Assembly: GCF_964204645.1 (NCBI RefSeq)
Contig: NC_134034.1
Span: 4,934,914 to 4,998,913, forward strand
DNA length: 64,000 nt
DNA from: Tubulanus polymorphus
Lineage: Eukaryota > Animalia > Nemertea
Direction of reading: 5' to 3'
The notes under the pieces were generated by a model. That model worked only from the letters and a program-made list of their open reading frames with translations, was not told the DNA's origin and searched no databases. Position 1 is the stretch's first letter, and each line of letters starts with the position of its first letter. Shown in pieces: positions 48,878 through 61,700 of this stretch. The position numbers were made by a program, and so were the translations under genes.

Positions 48878-49302
48878 TCCTGGTCTATTTTAATAATAGA
48901 AAGTTTGGATAGATGTATTCCTCAGTAACTTTCGGTAGTTCTAGCTAAGACAACTACAAACGCAAGACCCTGTAATTTGACGAAGAGCAGACGATTAAAA
49001 TATACACAGATTTATTCCTTAAAGCGAGGTTCATCATAAAGTGACATTAATAGATATGTGATGATATATGAGTATAAATGATACAGATTAAATAAAAAAC
49101 GTGTTTATCTTAATGATTAGTATACTGTCGACTTATTTCATAATACTTAAATACGAAACTAATGTTCTCTGATATCTTGGCTGCGACCATTGATTTCTCC
49201 TATTGCTGTTCCCTCTATGCCGCTGGTGTCCCCTGTAGTGCTGTTGCCGGAACTGCTGCTGTTGGAACTGCTGCTGCTGCTGCTGGAACTGCGGCTGTTG
49301 GA

Positions 49303-49356
<54 letters not shown>

Positions 49357-49673
49357 ACTGCGGCTGCTGGAATTGCTGCTGCTGCTGCTGCTGCTGCTGG
49401 AACTGCGGCTGCTGGAAATGCGGTTGCTGGAACTGCGGCTGATGTTGTGGCGCCCAAAACTGCTGCTGCGGCCAAAACTGTTGTGGCTGTGGCACGAATT
49501 GACTTACTGTGCCCACTTTTCCGAAAGTTACACCATAATTGATGGGCTGATTCAAAGCGGCGGCTGCGGGTATTAATGAAAACACCGTTAACAAAGCAAC
49601 TATTATGAGGCAGTGCCCAACTTGAGAAGATTCGCCTACAGGAGAAAAGAAGAAGAGAGGCCAAAATTTAGTA

Positions 49674-50498
49674 TTGATAAGTTTGAAGCGCGTAACTTCT
49701 GCAATTAAAAATGATAGTCGTATATTTAGAACTCTTTCTGAATCTGTAATGGCAGGAGAAGTAGCCATTAACGAGTCATGGCCCAGCAACAGGGACTTAG
49801 TTTCGTTACTGGCCCTTATTTTAGCGAGTACCTTGTTAGCTTTAATAATTATTCAGCAGTACCGTATCACTAAGTTAGCGGGTCTAGTTGCAATTTTACA
49901 AAATATTCACTCTGCTTCGGCAGCTACTATACCACCGGAATTTCGTTACGTGGGTCCTACCTTGGCAACCAAGACTGTGCCACTCGGATGGGAACCTCTT
50001 ATTAGCTACATAACGTCATCTCTTGTCGTAACCTTTACGTTATTAGGCATTTGCACCTTAATCTATTTATTGTATCGACGCTTCCGCTTTACTCCTCATT
50101 CTACTTTAGTCATTGAGCTCTCTGATTCTGTTAGTTGCGTGCAAATTCCCTTAATGAATTTTCAATTGTGCCCAGTGCATTTGTTGGTTTCGATACCTAG
50201 TAAAGTTGATGATGTAGATGTTGAAGGTCACTGCTTTCCCAAATTGATAGGAAAATGGGACAATTTTAGAGTAACCAATAGGTTAAGCCAACAATCCTGG
50301 CTAGTACCGACTTCTGTTAACTTATCGCTGGCACAAGCAAGGGCAGCACGATGTGCATTAAACTGTCCCTTGTCATTTACCATACATTTTGCTTTAGTTC
50401 ACCATGATCGATTTTATATTTTGGAGAGCCCAGCTATAGCGCCAGGTCCGCGTGTTACTTCCAATCATGGACAACTACTCCCTATTACCAACGAATAA
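49674..50498 (+). pseudogene. env-like membrane protein, C-terminal part
   Basis: Sits just before the 3' LTR and has two hydrophobic TM segments. A signal peptide plus INYGVTF N-terminus is present inverted at ~49503-49615. Confidence 0.6.
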
Positions 50499-52327
50499 TT
50501 CGTTGTTTTCCTTTTTATATGCTACGATTTTGTACATTATGAATATTATGTAACTTTAAGATATCGTACATTAAAAAAGTACGTTTTAAATGTATGTAAC
50601 TTTTGCATGTTTACGAATGTTGTGTAACTATAAGCTATCACGGAACATTATACATGTATGTAACTATATTTCTTTATATTTGATTGTATCACCAACTATA
50701 TTTGTGTAGGTAATTACGTTTTGCTGGTATTATTTTATATCTCTTACCCATAAGGTAGGGTTTCATTTTGCTTTTGAGGACAAAAGCCAACCATAGTGTG
50801 TGAGGATTTAGCAACACTAATCTGACAGCTAAGCTCTAAAATAGATATTGAAAAATGGGTATCAAAATAATCGACAGAATCTTGCGATTCTGAATTTTGT
50901 ATTTATATTCAAGTATTATAAGTTTTATAAATCAATATGTTTGTGTTTTTTTTTATTAACTAAAATATTGTCTGAACCTATTGGAGTATTAACATGTTCA
51001 TGCAAGCTGTTACCTTCCTGGCAGGTATGACCAGTCAAGGGTATCGCAAACAAGCGAACTTGTCATTTCTTGAGATCGACAATCTGTCGTTCTGAGTAAT
51101 TATTTATAATTTATAACAATGTGTAATTAACAAGTTTGTACCAACAATTAGCAGGTTTGGCATTGGTTACCACCAACAAGGGTGATCCAAACCTTAGTTA
51201 CCGTGGGCAAAGTCACGGAACAGACCAATCAGGGTTATGGTATTTTTGAGGTATAAATAGTGGACGAAGGGCAGCTGAGGTCACTTTATGATGAACCTCG
51301 CTTTAAGGAATAAATCTGTGTATATTTTAATCGTCTGCTCTTCGTCAAATTACAGGTATGTGTAATAAGTTTTATAATATTTTATTAAGTCATATTCTAT
51401 GGAAATATTGACTAGGCCTAGGATGTACTTTATTTAATAATATTACTTATTAAGTATGGCCGAATACATGGTGTTTTAATATGATAGTTGAAATAATATT
51501 AATCAATTATACTAGAGCAATAGTATGTGTTTAAATAGGTTAGATGTTCTTGAGCAGTTATGTTCTATTTTAATTAACTTGGCCGCCATTTTTGGCAAGT
51601 AATCAATGAGAATTACGGCCAGAATATGCTCGATATCAGAGAACATTAGTTTCGTATTTAAGTATTATGAAATAAGTCGACAGTATACTAATCATTAAGA
51701 TAAACACGTTTTATATTTAATCTGTATCATTTATACTCATATATCATCACATATCTATTAATGTCACTTTATGATGAACCTCGCTTTAAGGAATAAATCT
51801 GTGTATATTTTAATCGTCTGCTCTTCGTCAAATTACAGGGTCTTGCGTTTGTAGTTGTCTTAGCTAGAACTACCGAAAGTTACTGAGGAATACATCTATC
51901 CAAACTTTCTATTATTAAAAGTTTGTACATAATCGTGTGAAAAAAAAATCAAATCTCTGTCAGATCCAGGAAATTGGAACCATTGTCCAGGAATAGACAA
52001 TCCTGCAGACCTTATAACTCGTCCGATTTCGTATTGTAATCTAACTAACAATTCGTAGTGGTGGAACGGTCCTGCATGGTTGTGCATTCCTGAAAACTGG
52101 CCTGGTGCTGAAATTACTGAAAATGAAATTAGTAATCAAACAAATACTGATGTTTTACTTTTTTCAGCTGCGAGCATGAATCCACGCCAATATTGACAAA
52201 GATTCTAAGCAATGATGACTATTCGAGTTTTCGAAATGGTATCGTTAGAATCTTGGCTTGGGTTCGTTGGTTTGTAAATAATTGCTGAAAATGTGACGTT
52301 GAAAATTGGGTGTTACTGAAACTATGC

Positions 52328-52820
52328 ATTACTAAAATGAAGACCGAAGACCTATGCACTTTGCGAGACTAAAACTGTGCATGACTAAAACGGAGACCGA
52401 AGACCTATGCACTCATTAGAAATCATAAATAGGGGCGCTATCTGTATATTCAACCACCTCTGTCGATGAGTATAGGCAATAGGGACCTACTAGATATAAA
52501 CATACATAAGGAAACGTAAAATGTTCGGTTATTTTTCTCGGCTGCGTAGGTCTTCGTTTTAGTAGAATTTCATTTTGGCACCCTCGCCAAAACAACAAAA
52601 AACGTCGAACTTTCTCTCGAAATAACCGCGATTTTTATGAGAAAATCTCGACGTTTCTCGTTGTTTTGGCGGGGGCGCCAAAACGGCTTTTTGGAGAAAT
52701 TTCGAGGTTTTTCGTTGTTTTGGCGGGGGCGCCAAAACGGAAATATCCCGGTTTTGGCGCTAAAATGGACTTTCAGAGAAAATTGGAAGTTTTCTTCGTC
52801 TTGGCGTTCTGGCGCCCTCA
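52328..52820. repeat. MITE-like fragments inside the BEL element
   Basis: tactaaaatgaagacc / ggtcttcgttttagta inverted pair at 52330-52565; repeated palindromic gttttggcgggggcgccaaaac at 52570-52760. Confidence 0.55.
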
Positions 52821-55779
52821 TTTGCATACCGTGAATTTTACGCTATGGCCCTTATCAGCCACCATACAAGTGTGATCATCAGTTACAACGCGAAAACGTA
52901 TCTGAAAGCTTCCGAAGAACTGCGAACACTATTCGAGTCATTTAGCGTAATACGACGTTAATGCGACAGCCACGACATGGAATGGCGGATCATCTCGAAC
53001 CGAACCGGGCCCCCTGGTACGGGGGGGGGGGGTTCTGGGAGCGTCTCATCGGTATCATGAAATCATCGCTCCGAGTCGTTCTCGGCAAACGGAAACTTTC
53101 GCTTATCGAAATGCAGACTGTCGTTACCGATATGGAAGCAGTAATGAATGATCGACCGTTACGTATTTATCGAGTAACGGAGATGACGCTGATCCTATTA
53201 CACTCTCCGATATTCTCATAGGGCACCGCCGTAAATGTTTACCGCAGGAGAACGTCGACTTGGATGAAGTCAATGATGCGGGATTTGTGTCACGCAATAC
53301 GCTGAATTAGACTATGCAAAATCGTAGTCGTCTAATTCGACGCTTTCGTAAACGCTAGAAACGAGAATATCTCATTGGACTTCGTGAGTTCCACAAATCG
53401 TCCAGTGATAATAGTGACATAATAAAAATCGGGGACATAGTCCAAGTTCACGATGATAAACCTCGTGTATCGTGGAAATTATCGAGAGCAACAAATCTTC
53501 GCAGTGCTGACGGTCGTGTTTGCGCTGCAGAAATTATAACAGCACCCGTCCGATTGCGAAACTCCACCCTCAAGAGGTTTGTGGTCCACGAGCGATCTTT
53601 GCTCCGGATGACCGTACGACATCAGCGGTTAAGGCTAAAATATTTGACTAGTGCCTATTTCCCGGATTCCGATGATGAATCCGACGTTCTGTGATCGTGG
53701 TTGTATGCGGTGTTCTGTTCGAATCTAAATGTTACGTGATTATTAGTTGATGCGTGAACATGACGTTTTTTTCAAATCTAGAAACTGGAGGACGACCAAA
53801 TTAACATTTGACATTTGAACCGTATCATGAACGTTTCGAATTTCATATGTTTATTGTTAGCGTTGTTTTCAGGTAAATTATTGAAGTAAGTAAAAGCCAC
53901 GATGTTGATTAGTGCCTTTTCATTGCGGAAAGCCACTTAAATATAACCTTTATGGTGTTTTATCCGAATTTTCTTTTGCTTAGCGCCCTTGCGATGAACA
54001 ATAGCTTAAGTTGCCGGTCTCTAATCATAACTGGCGTTTTCATGATTTGTTTCGTCTAACTTCACCAAAAAATGTATCCTCAATGCTCGCCGAGAAAATA
54101 ACATTGAAAATATTGCCGAGAATCTATTTTCTATTGCCATCGGCGAGGGCGCTGAAACATTTGGAAGATCACAAAGAGAAATTTATAGTGATTTTGCAAT
54201 AGCGATTTTACATCCGTTCTTCGAAAAGAAGTTCTAAATGGCAGCTGATTATGAAAGCATTACCTTCACCTTATATGTTGCTAAAATTGTCACCTAGACG
54301 GACCAGGCCATGCTTTGATATTCAACGCCTGATGTCATCTTCTGCTATTTTGATTGTGCTATGAGCTAAAGTTTTGCAATTCATTGTGGTTGGAATGTAC
54401 CGATACCAAGTTATTCCCATACGGTAGTCAATACCTTGAAACTAGCTACATTCTGGGCGATAAGCATGGAACACGTCACAAGCTCCAGCAGGCAAAAACT
54501 TTCCAATTGATCGTAGTTACAAATTATGCACAGACAAATTGTTTATACATGTACATGTAATTCAATATTGAACTCCTCAGGTGGCAGGAACAAATACAAG
54601 CGAGGTCATCCGATTCAGGGGCGGATTTCGGGGGATGGTCTAGACCCCTACTTTCTCATAGAGGTGACCCTTTTCGTCAAGACAGACATCGAAAATCAAA
54701 AATATTTAAAACCGAGGGCGGAACCCCAATCTTCGACTTTGCTGCTTTTTTCCGAGAAATGCCTTTTCCTTTCTTCTGGACATCGGCCATCCAATTATCC
54801 TTGATCTACCCCTGCGATTCCATGTATATTTCTAATAAGGATGTAAACCAATTATTTAAGAAATATCCTGCCCCAATGAGAGGCACAACTTTTTCTAAAG
54901 GGATCATTCATTTATTACGTACGCATTAGGGGAGGGGTGAGGGGAAAGCATACTGTAATGCTTAATGTATATGAACAAATGGCAGATTTTGCGTACAGAA
55001 GGGGAGCGGGAGGGGGGGGGGTCGAAAAATGTAATGCATACGTAAAAAATGAATGATCCCAAAACAGGTTTCCATTGAATTAATTATAGAATTAATTATA
55101 GCTTTCAACTTGTGTGTGCCGGTCAAATTTAGCTGTTTTATATAAGGAAATTTTGAAGAACTAGATAACAAACACCATACATAAGGGCCAACGTGATATC
55201 AAATTGTTAGGCAAGGTACTGAATATTACTGCATGAACACACCAGATTGATCTGAAACTTTCCGAAAGATAATCAAATTCAGAGCGGGAAATTACTTTTA
55301 CAAAACAATTCTTAGGGAAGTTTATTTTCTATCTATATTACAGTTGGTCTGAATTTGTTAGCATCATATCTTCTTAAAGATGTTTTTATGAACCCAGGAG
55401 CGAACACAATCATGTTTAAATGCATCATTAAGATTAAATTAAGTAAATGCAATAATGTACAGGGACTGAATCAATCCGCGATCCGAATTGTTTATTCACT
55501 ACGCGGCGGCCCTACAGTTACTCCATCCACCCCACGTATACATTTACAGAATGATTCATTCTTCCACAAGACACCTGGATAGTGAAATCTACCATGTTGT
55601 TCTTCAATAAGAAATGGACAGAGTGGCGTTTTGTCTAAAGGTTCACCAAGAGGCTTACAAGAAAACCATTCCTCAATATTGCACCAGCTCTTAAGACCGC
55701 GGACTGATGGAGTAAGTCTTCAAGACGATCTCATAATAGCCGACTGACAGTAGTTCCTCAATGACCCACCGGGTGGCTC

Positions 55780-58700
55780 TCATGATAGCAGGCGTTTATT
55801 CAATATCTCGTATATCATTCGGCGACGGAAATATGGCATATGAGCCTAAAAGCAGAATCAGAGACAATAAAACGACGAGTTCGGAAGCAGGAAGATCGGC
55901 GATGGCAATCGCTTCAATTTAACTGACCTGTGTAAAATTTATCGCTTTATCACGTACGACGTAATCAGCAAATTTACACGAAAACATTCCACAATCACTT
56001 CCATTCATCTGCTGCGGTATTCCCTACAACAGACAAAACAGCAGATTATAGTCAAACCCAATCCAGATTTCGGTGTGATCCAGATCAGTTATATCTGGAT
56101 ATAGCTTACATGTAGGAATAACCACGCGTTAAACGTGTTTAACCCAGTAGAACGATAACCACACTCAAAAGTGGTGAACGGATAATATGCTGATAATATA
56201 GTGGGATTTTATCTTATTATGCTTAACCCAGATTTCATCCAAATTCCATTGGGGGTTCCAAATGATTCGGATTGTTCTGTATATACACAAATTACTGGAC
56301 GTATACTTTTGAGCAGAAAAATCGATTTGTTCCCGGATTTGCAATAATATATTGACAGCTGATAAAGATGAAATCATGGTACGGTGTGTAGTAAGTATGT
56401 TCAAGTTGGATGATATACATGTAAATGGGTTTTCCAAACTAGCTTATGGTGGAACAATCAATACAATGTTCTTGATAAGGATCAAGAAACAAGGTCAAGC
56501 ATCGATTAGTAGAATGAGGAAAATTCATTGAAATTTTGCACAATTTCTCCCAGTAAGGCTTGGAGCTGATGGACGAAACTTGCCATGTCAATTCCGACAC
56601 CTATTTCAATCGTAACGACAAAATATCAGCCGTGTATATCCAAGGGATGAAAACAGAGGCGTTTGAAATATGCAAAAATATAAGTATTAGGCTTACTCGT
56701 GCTGGCTAAGCCAGCAGCCGCGAGTACCAAAGGTGCAAAGCCCCTAAAGGGAGTTTGGGGGAGAATTTTGAAATTTCAAGGAGATTTTGGCGCATCCGAG
56801 GCCCATTTTCCAATGACAAAGTAAGATTGCTGCCACGCGGTTGGTTGTTCATGTCTATTAGTATATTGAAAGGATGGCTCCGGCAATATCCAAATCACTA
56901 GAACATGTTCATACATAAATGCACTTGTCAATGAATAGTTGAATCCCAAGAGAAGCCTCTATCTATAATCTTCTAATCTAACACTCAAGACAAGCGCACT
57001 GTGCCTGAATTAAAACAATGACTACTTTTTTTGAGCATGTAGGCTATGCTTTGTTGAATGACCGCAGATTCTAAATATAGATTTCCCGCCCAGCGCTATT
57101 ACACGTATATATATTATTGATCTGTACAGTGGGTCTAGACAACGGCGATGTTTCTCAATGATGTCATAGCACCGGTTATGAAGGACACTTTACCGTCTGT
57201 TCTACAATTGCGCTACAATCTAACTCTGAACTTTTCCCTAAGACCCTACCTCCCCCCATCATTTTTCCAACGGATCTACATCTATCTCAAGAATGATAAA
57301 AATGGACCTCCAACCGCAGAAATCCGTGATTCCGTGGAGGATTACCATCCCTGATATCCAGTGGCAGTGCTTCATCTAGCATTAAAAAAGGGCAAGGTGC
57401 TGATTTCAAATAAGGGCATTTTTGTGCGTGATTCCATTGGAGCAAGGGCACATAATATCGCACTCACGTCTGTTTTAGGGGCAAACTGCAATGTTCCCTA
57501 TTGCATAGAATCGAGGTACCCCCTACTACGATTGAGGACTAGAAATTATGTTTAACTCTGATTTTGCCATGAGTGACACACTTGACCACAGTACATCCTT
57601 ACACCTATGCCTGTCAATGAACAAAACCAGTTGCACACAAAAAAATAGCAGAAAAAAGCAATCTCAAAAACCAAATGATACAGCGAAAAAGAGCCAGCAA
57701 TAGTGTATAGGCCTACATGAAATTGCATATTTTTTATCTTAGAAATATCAAATTAATTGATTTAAATTGATAGTGTTAGTGATTGGCGAGTAACTGTTGA
57801 TAATTGGTAATGAGCCAGCTTAAGAACACATTATTGATATTAGGCTACTCAAACTAATTGTCTCTGCGAGTCTCTCTATGAGTTCACCGAACAAAGTTTT
57901 TCACCTTGTATATATAAAATTTGTCTAATAGTCTAGATAAAAAGATCCAGAGCATCACGATGTGTTCAAAACGAATCGAATATACACTACCAGCTTTACA
58001 ATGGCAGTCGCTAGAATGATTGGCAGTAGTTTGGAAATCAGCCAATTTCCTGGAAACTTTAACATCTGAAGGGCACAAGGGCGGCTATTTTCGGGGGCGG
58101 GGCGGACTGCCCCTCTATTTTTGGCTAGATGAAGCACTGAGTGGTTACAATTTGTGCCACCAAGGGCTAACAGAAAGTTACCCTCAAGGCCATTCTTTAA
58201 GGATCAACTCAGTCCTAACATAGATCTGTTTACCGCACTGAGTAGTTTTTCCTATGAATGCAAAAAATGGATCTGCATAGAGGTAAGCAGGATAGCTACT
58301 ACACATACACATAGCTACTAATCTATCCTGAGCATGGTTTATAAGTCAACATAGACAATAGTTATGACTAACCTTCACATTCATAAGTTTCCAATCTGAG
58401 GTATCATAGTCAATCTTCTTTTTATTTCTTATTTCTTCACTGATATATCTCCTGTAAATAAACATATTCCTCTGTTTTAAGACTACTAAACTAGCCTTCA
58501 TACAGCCATCCCTCTGACCACCTCTCCCGCCCCTACCTCTTCACCCAACAATAGCCCATCAACATTTACCATCCAGAGCTTTTCTTCAGTCAAATAAGCC
58601 TCCCACCAGTCTTGCCACTTCAGCAACCAACTTACTACCATAACCTACCACCACTGTACAGTCTTCATCCCACTATGCTTTTCACCGACCCACCTAATTC

Positions 58701-61700
58701 CACCTGTTTTAAAGTTGACACCTTGTCCCCCAGATTTTTTAAAAATATAGTCAATCTGAGCTATCTTTCAACAAGACCTTTATCATCGCTGTATCCACCT
58801 TCGAAAACTTTGAATTTAATGAATTTTATATGGTATCTATCATGTTCTGATAAAAATAAATAGACTATTGAAATAATTAATAGACTGCCTAACGAAACAG
58901 ATATTTCAACTTCGGTATCAATGTTGTATCTCTGTACTGATGGAACATTGATGAAATTGAACAAACGTCGAATAAATGTCGAACTCTCAACGAACCAAAA
59001 TTCCATTGCTAGGATTCAATCGGATGCATGATGATGTTGTATCTCAATCTGTATGTGTAATAGACTGGTTGCCTGTCTCATCTGCCAAGGCAGATAGAGA
59101 CCGTTAACCAGTCTTGGATACGACCATATAATTGAAAGTTTTATGGAATTGAATTATCGCGCCCTGTGGACATTGCCAAATCTTTATTCTTAAAATCTGT
59201 AATCTAAAATGCTTGTATGAAGTGCCGCTTTTTGATGCAACGGACCCGTTGATGCTTATTGACGCTTGTCGGTTGTTGACGCTAATTAGTGAGACCCGTC
59301 GATGGCGATTCTGTTCGTACCACGACTGACTGACTGTGAGAGCATCGTCGAATGCCTCTATGTCTCTCTATGTTGGCAGTTGACACATAGATGTTGAATG
59401 CCTCGTAGCACAAAACTGACCGAAGTCTTATTGTGATAGTATGCCCGTATGACCAGTAAGCCCTGTCCTTGTCATATGCCTGTTGTATTGAAAATCGAAA
59501 TAATCAAATGCTTCACCCAGGGAGGGGAGCGGTTCAGGTCATTCATTGACACCTGCGTTAGTGAACACCTCTCTATAGCAGAAATATGTATAGTTCAGAA
59601 ATATCTATTAGTTCAGAAATAAGCCTCGCCACTGAAAAATCCCTTCCGACGGCTCTGTATAGTGAACAGTGATCCCATTCCGGAATGTCTAGACATTCAA
59701 ATTTTCTAGTAGACACATTGTTATCAGTATCTAGGTGTTCATCATATACCATATGTACATAACTCATGGACCTCACCCAAATATAGCCCCACAAACCTCT
59801 ACTGATCAACCTGCTTCACCCCCAACTCATCTCATACCTCCCAATAGGTCTACGTGTGGCAACACATCTTCCCTCAAGCACAATTCTCAAGCTAACCTCA
59901 GGCAGACCTCATAAGGGAATCCATCACTACATACCTAACTGCCTGTAAACAAGCATTATTTTCTCCACCCATTGAATCATAGTATTTGATAGACTTTTGC
60001 TTAAATGACGCCACCTGCAAAAAATAGGAAATATATAAATAAATCCCCGAAACGGTGTTAAAGATCATTTCTATCTAACAGCGTGTATCAAGACAATGAA
60101 CTAGCACTTACACAGACACACCAATGAACTCCTAAATGAACTGGTATAACAATATAATCCATTGATGATATATCTACATTCTTAGTCCATCTGGCAAGAA
60201 TTGTACTGTAACCGGACCCCATGTATTTAGGGTAGAAAAACGTGTTAAACGCGTGAACTGTGGGATAGTTGTCTAGTTTACCCCGCTCTATTAATAGATT
60301 CATGTAGAAGTTTATCACCTACAAAAAAAGAAAAACCAAGAAATTACTGAATTAAGTCATCATATAACCCTAAACAGTAGATGATGTCATATGACAGCAC
60401 ACACTAGCAGTAACTAACGTTTCATACTGCATTGGGTTTGTGTGCAACAAAAAAATCATGCGGCAAAGTCTTCCATCCGAACACTCAAACCAGGGGTTCC
60501 TGTAAATCCTTTGAAATCCTATGAGGAGTCGAGGTCTGGACAACACCCCTTCTTGAATTCAAGACCTGTATTATCTAAGTTCCAAATTCAGATTTTACAC
60601 ATTCCAGAAATTTCTGAAATATTTCGCCTCAAAAAATCCTGAAAACATCACTCAAGCTTTGAATTTCAAAAATTACAACAATCTAAGAACATTCAAGCAA
60701 TTTTAAGGATTCAAAAATGCTTGTTTGCCCTCAGCGCTCATCAGATACAGCGCACAGTATGTCATATAGTGCTCTTGTATTAATTCTGACCCCCATTAAA
60801 CGAATCCTTGTGACGCCCCTGTTCTGTGCTGGAAGTTTCACTGCTCCATTCAGACAAATTTATTATTCAGGGTACAGGGTACTATTATATGGTGTTATGG
60901 CTATATATTTCTACCAAAATTACTTGTTAGTGACCTATGGAGACTTTTTTTCTAGGGTCTCTTACATACCTCATCATTCAACCAGTTAAGACCTTTTAAC
61001 GTTTGTATATCTACACGTCTAATACCGATACGGAACGCTCGAACCAATTCCTCGTCACTTGGTTTTGCCCTTAAAGCTAGATCTATTACATCGTCCATTT
61101 CACTTGTTAACTCTGTAAAATATGATGAATATGATTAAATTCATGATAACCAGTAAAAATGCATTATCAAAGTCTGGAGTTCAAGTATGGATGATAAATC
61201 AAAATTTTCATAACGACTGCATCACTGAATCCATAGATCAATGAAGACAGACCCGGAATCATATCAACCTACAACTAAGGAACCCAAAAGTGCTTAATGC
61301 CACGTATATCTCCCTGGGATATGCCGACAGAATCATCTCATTACTCTGTCAGAGAAATTCCAAATCATTTATGTATATTCATCGAACTGACAAGCCGAGT
61401 TTCGAAAAAAGATCCACGAGTATAAATGAGAAATTCGGGATGTCACTGTGGCCGCCATATAAGACAGAAGATAATCATTGTTTTAAAAAGCCAAAACTCA
61501 TAAACTACATGGCATCATGGTGCCAACAAGAAACTCACAACGGCAACTATGGCGGCCATATTGGACATGTTTTTTTACAGTGTATACATGGTATACTGAT
61601 TTTAAACTTGACCATAATTTTTGCTAGACTTCAATCCATTCAATTGTATGCTGGATTAAATACTAATCGTTACCTATATAAATATATCTAAAACTGACTT

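Larger units (their letters stand above)
46870..51919 (+). mobile_element. Gypsy-like LTR element with gag and env remnants, no pol, internally rearranged
   Basis: Near-identical LTRs at 46870-47984 and 50807-51919; 4-bp TSD agtt; PBS tggtggagaa at 47986; insertion splits the BEL frame cleanly. Confidence 0.9.
46400..53580 (+). mobile_element. Decayed BEL/Pao LTR-retrotransposon pol (RNase H, integrase), interrupted by the Gypsy-like element and MITEs
   Basis: LHVFRDASTEAYGAVAY, TIPQLE, WSDSKIVLSWI | FVHNRV, WNHCPGIDNPADLITR, WWNGPAWL, APWYGGFWERLIG, MNDRPL, REYLIGLRE and KIGDIVQV motifs. Confidence 0.88.

Noticed and set aside
49162-49664. Poly-Ala, poly-Leu and poly-Gln ORFs as genes
   Set aside because: They are alternative-frame readings of a CTG/CAG microsatellite in an inverted gag fragment.
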